Part shown: in pieces, positions 1 to 7,636 of the stretch
Layout: each line of letters begins with the position of its first letter
Position numbering within the stretch: the stretch's first letter is position 1
DNA from: an uncultured Veillonella sp.
GTDB taxonomy: Bacteria; Bacillota; Negativicutes; Veillonellales; Veillonellaceae
Assembly (NCBI RefSeq): GCF_937981445.1
Contig: NZ_CALJON010000008.1
Coordinates: 124,442 to 188,441, forward strand
Direction: 5' to 3'
Length of the DNA: 64,000 nucleotides
Made by a program: the position numbers and the translations under genes
The notes under the pieces: generated by a model
Seen by the model: only the letters and a program-made list of their open reading frames with translations
What the model was told of the DNA's origin: nothing
The model's database searches: none

Positions 1-67
1 TTTTTATTTCTTATTTCTCATTTCTTATTTCTCATTTCTTATTTCTCATTTCTTATTCCTTATTTCA
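1..67. repeat. Degenerate 14-nt tandem repeat, about 4.5 copies of TTTCTTATTTCTCA
   Basis: Identical 14-mers start at 7, 21 and 35, with a diverged copy at 49. Pyrimidine-rich on the + strand. The array is cut by the window edge. Confidence 0.8.
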
Positions 68-269
68 TGTTTTACGTTATATAATTTCCCCGCTTCAAAA
101 TCTTTTCAACATATTTCTCATGTTATAATAAAATTAGTAATGTATCATCTAGACTGTCATCTTCGAACTATTACCTGTAAGCTATATCTGTAATCTATAT
201 CTACTCGCTACATCTATAGCCATCCTCTGTTGATGACAAAATAAAAACACCACTTTTAAGGAGGTTATC

Positions 270-938
270 ATGTCTATTCGTCAAACAAAGCACGCTGCCT
301 GCCCCGTATGTCATAAAGAGTTTGAAGTAAGCGCTTGGGATAGTCTAAATGGAGACCTTGACCCCGAAGCCAAAGAGCAACTAATTCATGGACACTTATT
401 TGATTATACTTGCCCCCATTGCCAAGCTAAAGGCAGCTTAGACTATCCACTGCTCTATCATGATATGACCAATCATTTAATGGTCCAATATAATTCTGAT
501 GCCCATGAGCTCGAAGAATTAATCAAAAATTTGTTAAATGGCCCTGATATTGTAAAAGAATACATGGCTTCTCAAGGCTATCGAATTCGTGCCGTTACAT
601 CACGCCGTGCCTTAAGTGAAAAAGCTACCATTTTCGACGCTGGTTTTGATGATTGCACTATAGAAATTGTAAAAATTATCTACGCTGTTATGCAGGAAAC
701 CCAAGACCCTACCATTAACTTCAATGATATACTCTTTATTAATGAAGCAACTCATGGCCCGTCCTTATATTTTGTATGTGAAAACAGTAATGACGATTTT
801 GCTGTTCCTATTTCAAATGAAATCTACCAAGACATCGCTAAAACAGTCGACTTATTACCTGAAGAAGAACGTCAAAAAACAGTCATAGACACCGATTGGG
901 CTACAAGAATTATGCGTACGTATGAGGTATTAAAATAA
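270..938 (+). CDS. CpXC-domain protein (two CPxC motifs), function unknown
   Basis: 222-aa ORF with AAGGAGG 5 nt upstream of the ATG. N-terminal motifs CPVCHKEF and CPHCQAKG. Hairpin terminator follows at 946-981. Confidence 0.8.
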   Translation: MSIRQTKHAACPVCHKEFEVSAWDSLNGDLDPEAKEQLIHGHLFDYTCPHCQAKGSLDYPLLYHDMTNHLMVQYNSDAHELEELIKNLLNGPDIVKEYMASQGYRIRAVTSRRALSEKATIFDAGFDDCTIEIVKIIYAVMQETQDPTINFNDILFINEATHGPSLYFVCENSNDDFAVPISNEIYQDIAKTVDLLPEEERQKTVIDTDWATRIMRTYEVLK

Positions 939-945
939 TTTAAAC

Positions 946-981
946 AAAAAGTCCCCCTACCAAAGTAGGAGGACTTTTTTT
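946..981. terminator. Bidirectional intrinsic terminator between convergent genes
   Basis: AAAAA-GTCCCCCTAC-CAAA-GTAGGAGGAC-TTTTTTT: a 10-bp stem with one mismatch, flanked by an A-run and a T-run. Confidence 0.8.
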
Positions 982-1034
982 ATATAAATCAGTAGATTAC
1001 GAGTTAAGTACTTTAAGTACTTTAACTACTTTAT

Positions 1035-2420
1035 CTACTTCTTCAACTTCACAAACAACAACACAATCGATCCCACAACAGGGAACACAGATATAGTATA
1101 CAAAGCCGTTTGGTAATGACCTGTATAGGCCAAGATACTTCCCAAAATCATCGGTGCTGTAATAGAGCCCATTTGATTAAATAGATTGACAAAGCCTGCT
1201 GTGGTACCACGCAAATGGCTTGGTGCGGATTGCACGACTAAGGCATTGGTCAACGGGCTATACATAAAGGCCCCGATCCCTAGAATAGCCCCTGTTACAT
1301 AGAGCATATGAGGATTGATTGTGCTGGCAAATAAAATCAAGGCTGGTCCAAAGCAGAAAAGACAAATGGCGGCTAAGTGATTTTTTTTGATAGGCAGCAT
1401 ATCTGATAAAATACCAATCGTAGGTTTTACCATAAGGGCCGCTAACCCATAAATGGTCATAACAGATCCGGCAAAAATAGATGTAACACCTAAATTTTTT
1501 ACCATATACAAATTAGTCCAATTTGTTACGCCCCAGGTAGTGCCAGTAGCAAAGAACCCCGTAATGGCTAAGAGCATAATATTACGGTTCGTTAATAAGT
1601 ATTTTAAATTATTCCACAAGGTCGATTCCGAAGTACCTACAATATCTTCTGGCCGTCGCTGCTTAGCACCAACTGATACAGACGATTTTTCAGCACCATC
1701 TCCAAATGTTCTTTGCTCTGCAGGACTTTCCAACAGTTTTTGTGTCGTAACACCTTCACCGCCCTTCACGGCATAAGCCCCATTCATGTTTTGGACGGTG
1801 CGAGCCGGGCGCTCACTAATAACTTGCCCTATTTCATGGTCTGCTTTTTTAGCTCTCACCAAAGTAAAATAGCTCATGCCTAATACAAGTAAAGGCAATA
1901 TGGCAGTCACTAAAAACGCCATACGCCAACCATAATGAGTCGCTACAGTAGGGGCATATAAATTAACCGTAAAAATCCCAAAAGATGTACAAGACATAAA
2001 AATGCCCACTGCCGTGCCTCGTTGGAAATTACTAAAATGGTCCCCAATAGCACTCAAGCAAGAGGATTGCACCGGCCCTGATACAAGCCCTAATAAAAGG
2101 CGCAATACCCAGCCCATGGTATAGCTTGTGATTGTACTCATCAGGCCCGTAATAAGGGCCATGGAAAATAAACTAAATAAAATCGTCTTACGATAGCCAA
2201 TGCGATCTGCAATAATGCCTCCAGGTAGTACCATAAGGGCATAACCGATATAAAAGGCCGTTACATAACTCGTCCCTTGCAGCGGCGTAAATTGCATCGC
2301 TTCATTTACAATAGGCATCAACGTAGACCAAGATAGGCGCACTACAAAGCTAAGCAAAAATGACAACCATATAGTTGCTAAGACTAACACTTGAGTACGT
2401 GTAAAATTCAAGGCTTTCAT
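1035..2420 (-). CDS. MFS transporter with a long central hydrophilic loop
   Basis: 461-aa ORF with about 12 hydrophobic segments. MFS motif-A-like GGIIADRIGYRK after the second segment. A low-complexity loop of about 90 aa sits between the two halves. Confidence 0.85.
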   Translation of the reverse strand: MKALNFTRTQVLVLATIWLSFLLSFVVRLSWSTLMPIVNEAMQFTPLQGTSYVTAFYIGYALMVLPGGIIADRIGYRKTILFSLFSMALITGLMSTITSYTMGWVLRLLLGLVSGPVQSSCLSAIGDHFSNFQRGTAVGIFMSCTSFGIFTVNLYAPTVATHYGWRMAFLVTAILPLLVLGMSYFTLVRAKKADHEIGQVISERPARTVQNMNGAYAVKGGEGVTTQKLLESPAEQRTFGDGAEKSSVSVGAKQRRPEDIVGTSESTLWNNLKYLLTNRNIMLLAITGFFATGTTWGVTNWTNLYMVKNLGVTSIFAGSVMTIYGLAALMVKPTIGILSDMLPIKKNHLAAICLFCFGPALILFASTINPHMLYVTGAILGIGAFMYSPLTNALVVQSAPSHLRGTTAGFVNLFNQMGSITAPMILGSILAYTGHYQTALYTISVFPVVGSIVLLFVKLKK

Positions 2421-2447
2421 AGTCTTTCTCCTATAAATAAAATTAAC

Positions 2448-3407
2448 TCAATTCGTATCTTCCCTGTTACAATTTGCCTCTACAACCACTACTTGCCCCG
2501 TACGAAGGGATGTAAAAACAATCCGTTTTGCCACAAGTGAATAGGTCTGTCCTGGCAATTTATGACCATATAGTGCATCACCCACTAACGGATGACCTAA
2601 ATGGGCCATGGTTACACGAATTTGATGGGTCTTACCCGTATAGAGACGAATATCTACATGCGTTATGAGCTGCGCTTTCACTTCATCATTTAAATCGCTT
2701 AGCTCTTGCTCTTCTACTTTTCGCTCTAGCCAACCCTCACCAATGGGTTCGAGTCGGTATACAGCCTCTGCCTTATAAGCAGTGCGCGTCATTTTACCAT
2801 CTTCACTGACCACCTGATGGATTCCATCATCACCACGCTTCATAGGAAGTTCAATAATGCGTGTGCCTTCCAAAAGGCCTTCGACTTTAGTATGATACCA
2901 TTTTTCAAAAATTTGCTCTTCCATTTGCTGCTGGTAAAATGCTTGAGCCACAGCACTTTTTGCTATAACAATACAGCCTGACGTGTCTCGATCTAGGCGA
3001 TTCAAAAAGCGAACTTTCCGTTTAATTCCTTGTTCTTTAAAATATTGAGCCACTCCATTAGCCAATGAAACTTGCCCCTCTGAATTCACAGTAATGCCCA
3101 CAGGTTTATGTAACACCAGAAGATCTTCATCCTCATATAGTACATCTAGGTCCATTCCTATAGGTTCATGGTCTAATTTTTCCTTCGGCATTTGTAGACG
3201 CAATTCATCCCCAATAGTAACAGTTGCTTTTGGATTGGTCTTCTTGCCATTTAATAAAACAAGCTTTTCTTCAAAGAGTTTCTTCATGGCGCCCCGAGAC
3301 ATGCGCTTCGCATCTAACCATTCGCCTACAGAACTAACCCCGGCTTCTTGATCTAAAGAAGAAAACAAAAAGCAAATATCATCAGGCCGGTATGTTTTTC
3401 TCGCCAT
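2448..3407 (-). CDS. RluA-family 23S rRNA pseudouridine synthase (RluD-like, N-terminal S4-like domain)
   Basis: 319-aa ORF. Catalytic-Asp motif FLNRLDRDTSGCIV and motif GKTHQIRVTMAHLGHPLVGDALYG. Confidence 0.9.
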   Translation of the reverse strand: MARKTYRPDDICFLFSSLDQEAGVSSVGEWLDAKRMSRGAMKKLFEEKLVLLNGKKTNPKATVTIGDELRLQMPKEKLDHEPIGMDLDVLYEDEDLLVLHKPVGITVNSEGQVSLANGVAQYFKEQGIKRKVRFLNRLDRDTSGCIVIAKSAVAQAFYQQQMEEQIFEKWYHTKVEGLLEGTRIIELPMKRGDDGIHQVVSEDGKMTRTAYKAEAVYRLEPIGEGWLERKVEEQELSDLNDEVKAQLITHVDIRLYTGKTHQIRVTMAHLGHPLVGDALYGHKLPGQTYSLVAKRIVFTSLRTGQVVVVEANCNREDTN

Positions 3408-3440
3408 ACGGACACCTCCTTTTTATCAAAGATTTTATAC

Positions 3441-3500
3441 TATGCGTTACTAGGCTTTACTATGCTTTGCTAGACTTTACTAGGCTTTACTTTACCTTCC
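3441..3500. repeat. 10-nt phased tandem repeat, 6 copies of TAGGCTTTAC-like units
   Basis: TATGCGTTAC TAGGCTTTAC TATGCTTTGC TAGACTTTAC TAGGCTTTAC TTTACCTTCC. Lies between the helicase stop (3512) and the rluA-family start (3407). Confidence 0.8.
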
Positions 3501-3511
3501 ATATAATATCC

Positions 3512-6202
3512 TCAATCATACACCACATCAGAAGGCAAGTATTTCAAAAATCGACTAGGCGTAGTTTCTCTATTATAAGGGCCACCGGTTTTACTATACG
3601 AAATGTAAAGCTCTTTTTTCGCCCTTGTTAAGGCTACATAAAAGAGGCGCTGCTCTTCTGATAAGCGCCCTTCTTTTAAGGCATAAAAGCTAGGAAAATT
3701 ATTATCTGTCATGCCCGCTAAAAAGACATAGTCAAATTCGCTCCCCTTGGCCTGATGAATGGTAATAATAGGGATACGCGTACTATTTTTAATCCGTCGA
3801 TCTGGCTCACCAGCTGTAAGCGCGGCCTCTTCTAAAATCCGCTGCAAACAATCGCGCCCACCTAACGCTTCATTAGTCACTTCTAAGTCTAACAGTATGC
3901 GATACAAGTCGCGAATATGTTCTACCCGTTCTACTTCATGACGGCCTTTATAGTACTCAATGACGCCCATATCATTCATAATATAGGCCAATAATTTAGT
4001 TGGTTTTTCTGTCATACTCTTGCGTCGTAAGGTGGTCATTTGAGACGCAATAGTTCCAAAGGCCCCTTTATAACGCACAATAAGGGCTCGTCTTTGGTCC
4101 ACTGTAGGCACAATATTTTCCTTTAAAATATAGCGCAACAATAAGCCTGTCGCGCGAATATCGTCCATCGCATTATGGGTTGGCTTATGATTAATAGGAA
4201 AGTGCTCGCTCAAAAAGCCCAGTTTATGATTAGGTAGTCGCGGGTAAAAGCGCCTAAACATGTCCAATGTATCATATACGGCGGCAAATTCCGGACGGCC
4301 TAACTTATGACGGTGCAATTCGCTAGTAAAAATATTCACATCATAGCTCACATTATGACCTACAATAATAGCGCCTTTAGTAAATTCTAAGAAATCTTTT
4401 AATACCACCTCAGCTGGCTCACCGCGCTCAGCTAAAATTTCATCAGTAAACCCATGCACCTCGGCAGAGCGGCCCACTGACTTAGTAGGACGAATGAAAC
4501 GTTCAAATATCTCGCCCTCTGAGCCATCGGGATTCATGCGATATGCCGCAATTTGTATAATTTCATCACGCGTTGTATCGGTACCCGTACTTTCCACATC
4601 ATAGATAATAACCTGCCCGTTGGCAAGGCCCTGAATTAAATGATCATAGGGTTCTCGTTCAAAAATTTGCATATCTAAAAAATCAGTAAGTCGAAGTCCT
4701 AATGTTCTAACGGCTTCGCTTTCTAATTCTTTTATACGAGCCTCACCAATCCCTGATACATACCGTTTTACAAGACGCTTCACACTTAATGCATCATTCG
4801 GATTAAGGAGCAGTTTAAAATAGGCCATCACATCTTTAATCTCTTGGCGGCGGAAAAATTTAAATTCATCAATAATCATAAAGTCTCGCCGCTCTTCAGG
4901 AGACAATTTCATATTGAGATTTTCAAAGAAATGGCTCAAATTTTGTGCCTGCTTATTAACCCGCACAAGTACCCCTACAGAGGCCTCTTTAGGTAAACTA
5001 CGGATTGTATCAAAAATAAATGCCCCTTCTTTCCACTCTGTAGGCGCCTGATGGACTACAATCGGTTTGCCTTCGTCTTCACTGGCCGCATAAGGGGCCT
5101 TTTTATAAAATTTGCTGATTAAGCTAGGAAACATATTCTGTAGTACAGTAAAGGACGCATCAAAAAGATGGCGATTGGCTCGATAATTCTCATAAAATAC
5201 AATAATTTCTGGATTGAATTCCGCCTCATACATGGCTAAGAACTCTTCTGGATTGGAGCCACGCCATTCATAAATAGTCTGAAAATAATCACCGCACAGC
5301 AAGATATGATTTCCTGGCCATAATTGCTTCATAACAAGACCTTCCAAATCACTCGTATCTTGCATTTCATCTACGCAAATATAGGAATAGCGTTCACGCC
5401 AGCGCTGGCAAATGACTGGATTTTGAAATAAGCGATGTACGCCTGTAATCAAATCAGTAAAATCAACGCCATGAAGCTGACCTAAGCTTTGTTCATAGGC
5501 TACTAATTGTTCGTAACCATGAAGAATAAATTCCTGAAAATCATGTTGTAATAATTGCCCCGTACCAAAAAATCCTTCTAATTCTTTATACTTTTCCTTC
5601 TTAAGACGAGCAATGGTTGCTTTATAATCAGCGGCGCTGTCATCACTATAATACCCATATAAGGAACGATATTCTTTGACAAAACTAATGAGCCCCGCAT
5701 AGGCAAAGGCTTTCATGCTCATAGGCCGTAAGGGCGCTAAGAGTTCATCGCAATCTTCCTCATCATAAATGGCCATATCTGCATATAAGCTCTCATCACG
5801 CTTGCTTTCTTCTTGCAAAATTTTATAACAAAAACTATGAAATGTGCTCACTTCTACCGCACGCGCCGCTTCCGCCATGGAGACGACCTTAGTATCTACC
5901 GTCTCAGCCTGCTCAGCGTGAGAGCCTATGTCCTTGCTCTTAGTCTGTGGCGACTCCTTAGCACTTACAATAGAAAGAATGCGCTCCTTCATTTCCCGGC
6001 AAGCCTTATTCGTAAAAGTTAGACAAAGAATGTCTTCACCTTTAGCTGCCCCACTTTGAATAATATGTGCGACACGATGAGCCAATGTATTTGTTTTGCC
6101 CGTTCCAGCTGAAGCAAGGAGCAGAATATTCTTGTCTAAAGTCTTTACTACCTGCTGCTGTAATTCATTTAGCTGTTCCAATAATTCACCCTCCTCTAGC
6201 AA
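3512..6202 (-). CDS. UvrD/Rep-type SF1 helicase with an internal DEDDh 3'-5' exonuclease domain
   Basis: 896-aa ORF. Helicase motifs ASAGTGKT, VDEMQD, GDYFQTIYEWRG, IHQAKGSEFD and VALTRAKK. Exonuclease motifs YDVESTG, GHNVSYDVNIF and HNAMDDIRAT at residues about 529-695. Confidence 0.85.
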   Translation of the reverse strand: MLEEGELLEQLNELQQQVVKTLDKNILLLASAGTGKTNTLAHRVAHIIQSGAAKGEDILCLTFTNKACREMKERILSIVSAKESPQTKSKDIGSHAEQAETVDTKVVSMAEAARAVEVSTFHSFCYKILQEESKRDESLYADMAIYDEEDCDELLAPLRPMSMKAFAYAGLISFVKEYRSLYGYYSDDSAADYKATIARLKKEKYKELEGFFGTGQLLQHDFQEFILHGYEQLVAYEQSLGQLHGVDFTDLITGVHRLFQNPVICQRWRERYSYICVDEMQDTSDLEGLVMKQLWPGNHILLCGDYFQTIYEWRGSNPEEFLAMYEAEFNPEIIVFYENYRANRHLFDASFTVLQNMFPSLISKFYKKAPYAASEDEGKPIVVHQAPTEWKEGAFIFDTIRSLPKEASVGVLVRVNKQAQNLSHFFENLNMKLSPEERRDFMIIDEFKFFRRQEIKDVMAYFKLLLNPNDALSVKRLVKRYVSGIGEARIKELESEAVRTLGLRLTDFLDMQIFEREPYDHLIQGLANGQVIIYDVESTGTDTTRDEIIQIAAYRMNPDGSEGEIFERFIRPTKSVGRSAEVHGFTDEILAERGEPAEVVLKDFLEFTKGAIIVGHNVSYDVNIFTSELHRHKLGRPEFAAVYDTLDMFRRFYPRLPNHKLGFLSEHFPINHKPTHNAMDDIRATGLLLRYILKENIVPTVDQRRALIVRYKGAFGTIASQMTTLRRKSMTEKPTKLLAYIMNDMGVIEYYKGRHEVERVEHIRDLYRILLDLEVTNEALGGRDCLQRILEEAALTAGEPDRRIKNSTRIPIITIHQAKGSEFDYVFLAGMTDNNFPSFYALKEGRLSEEQRLFYVALTRAKKELYISYSKTGGPYNRETTPSRFLKYLPSDVVYD

Positions 6203-6276
6203 GACTACAAATTAACTCCTGCACATACTAAAATTGGTAGCCACCATTGTAGCTACCAATTTATATGCATATCTAA

Positions 6277-6519
6277 CTACATGCCATGTTGCCATAAGGC
6301 CATAGCAATAACAGGAATAGGCCCAAATAGAGCGCTTAATGCCCACATGCCAAGGCCCATGTCCATTGGGATATGGAAATAGTTAACTGCAATGTAGTAG
6401 GCCGCATAGCCTGTAATTAAATGAATGGCTACGCGTTTAATAGTAAAGTAGGCAATTTTAAAAATCATGTAAATCGCCACAAGGCCTACACCAATTTGTA
6501 TTATAAAATCTAAACCCAT
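6277..6519 (-). CDS. bofA: BofA-like small membrane protein (pro-sigmaK processing inhibitor family)
   Basis: The ORF track gives 6277-6531 with a GTG start overlapping the recR stop. An internal ATG at 6519 has GAGGA 5 nt upstream. Two or three TM segments, an FHIP motif as in Bacillus BofA, and the position after recR matches the Bacillus dnaX-yaaK-recR-yaaL-bofA order. Confidence 0.5.
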   Translation of the reverse strand: MGLDFIIQIGVGLVAIYMIFKIAYFTIKRVAIHLITGYAAYYIAVNYFHIPMDMGLGMWALSALFGPIPVIAMALWQHGM

Positions 6520-6527
6520 AGAAATCC

Positions 6528-7118
6528 TCACATTTCCCGGCGATTCACTACGGCACCGCCTAATGTCAATTCATCAGCATATTCAATGTCGCCACCTACT
6601 GGTACGCCACGAGCAATGCGGGTCACCTTAATCCCTGTAGGCTGTAATAAGCGAGCTATATATAAAGCCGTTGCTTCCCCCTCTACATCAGGGTCTGTCG
6701 CTAAAATCACTTCTTGTACAGTTTCATCGCGAAGTCGAGCAATTAATTCTTTAATGCGAATATCTTCTGCCCCAATGCCTTCAATAGGAGATAATGCACC
6801 TTCTAGTACATGATATACCCCTTTATAATCGCCACTGCGCTCAATAGCCATAACATCACGAGATGTTTCCACCACGCATATGGTGCTATGATCTCGTTGT
6901 TCATTGGCACAAAATTGACATGGGTCTTGTGCGGACAAATTGAAGCAAATGGAGCAGCGTTTAGTTGCTTCCTTAGCAGCCTTGATAGTCTCTACTAAAT
7001 CATCCACTTCTTCAGCTGGTAATTCTACTAAATGATAGGCTAAGCGTCGCGCTGACTTTGCCCCAATGCCTGGTAAGCGTCGCAATGATTCTACGAGCTT
7101 TTCTAATGCATTTGTCAT
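6528..7118 (-). CDS. recR: Recombination protein RecR
   Basis: 196 aa with an N-terminal HhH, zinc finger CSICFNLSAQDPCQFC and Toprim motif ATDPDVEGEATA. Confidence 0.95.
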   Translation of the reverse strand: MTNALEKLVESLRRLPGIGAKSARRLAYHLVELPAEEVDDLVETIKAAKEATKRCSICFNLSAQDPCQFCANEQRDHSTICVVETSRDVMAIERSGDYKGVYHVLEGALSPIEGIGAEDIRIKELIARLRDETVQEVILATDPDVEGEATALYIARLLQPTGIKVTRIARGVPVGGDIEYADELTLGGAVVNRREM

Positions 7119-7119
7119 A

Positions 7120-7446
7120 TTAGAATAATCCTGGAATATTCAAGCCGCCTGTTACTTTACCCATTTCCTGAGCCATCATATCGTCTACTTTGCGACCTGC
7201 TTCATTCACAGCAGATACGATAATGTCTTCTAACATTTCTACATCTTCTGGGTCAACAGCTGCTGGGTTGATTTGAATGGATTGAACCACTTTTTCACCA
7301 TTCATTACCACTGTAACAGAACCGCCGCCGGCAGATGCTTCTACAGTGCGTTGTTTAAGTTCTTCCTGCATTTTTTGCATATCTGCTTGCATCTTTTGAA
7401 CTTTCTTCATCATACCTTGCATATTGCCCATACCTTTATTAAACAT
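7120..7446 (-). CDS. ybaB: YbaB/EbfC-family nucleoid-associated protein
   Basis: The ORF track starts at 7470. The ATG at 7446 has GGAGG 7 nt upstream and gives a protein of about 108 aa, typical of the family. Sits between dnaX and recR. Confidence 0.9.
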   Translation of the reverse strand: MFNKGMGNMQGMMKKVQKMQADMQKMQEELKQRTVEASAGGGSVTVVMNGEKVVQSIQINPAAVDPEDVEMLEDIIVSAVNEAGRKVDDMMAQEMGKVTGGLNIPGLF

Positions 7447-7636
7447 TCGATTGCCTCCTTGTAAATACAATTAATTATTATATATTATACCCTATAACCG
7501 ATTACTTTGTCATAAGGTTCCTTTTTATTCAATCATAGTATTGTTGCTACACACAGTCTTAAATCTCATAAGCCGTGTGCCACCACGACCATAGATCGCT
7601 CCCACTAAGATTTACGGCTGAGCTTCAGTCTCAAGT

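Noticed and set aside
1453-1776. Antisense ORFs inside well-supported genes (for example 1453-1776, 3094-3351, 6586-6998, 7273-7464, 9873-10285, 24781-25110, 28309-28722, 57973-58392, 62911-63228)
   Set aside because: Each is fully nested opposite a gene with clear family motifs. None has an RBS or recognisable domains; the 28309-28722 frame is the mirror of the Met/His repeat.
7471-7636. 166-nt dnaX-ybaB spacer with hairpin AGCCGT-37 nt-ACGGCT, considered as a small RNA
   Set aside because: The stem is only 6 bp, there is no terminator and no recognisable motif. It is more simply explained as the ybaB-recR promoter region (GTATAAT at about 7480).
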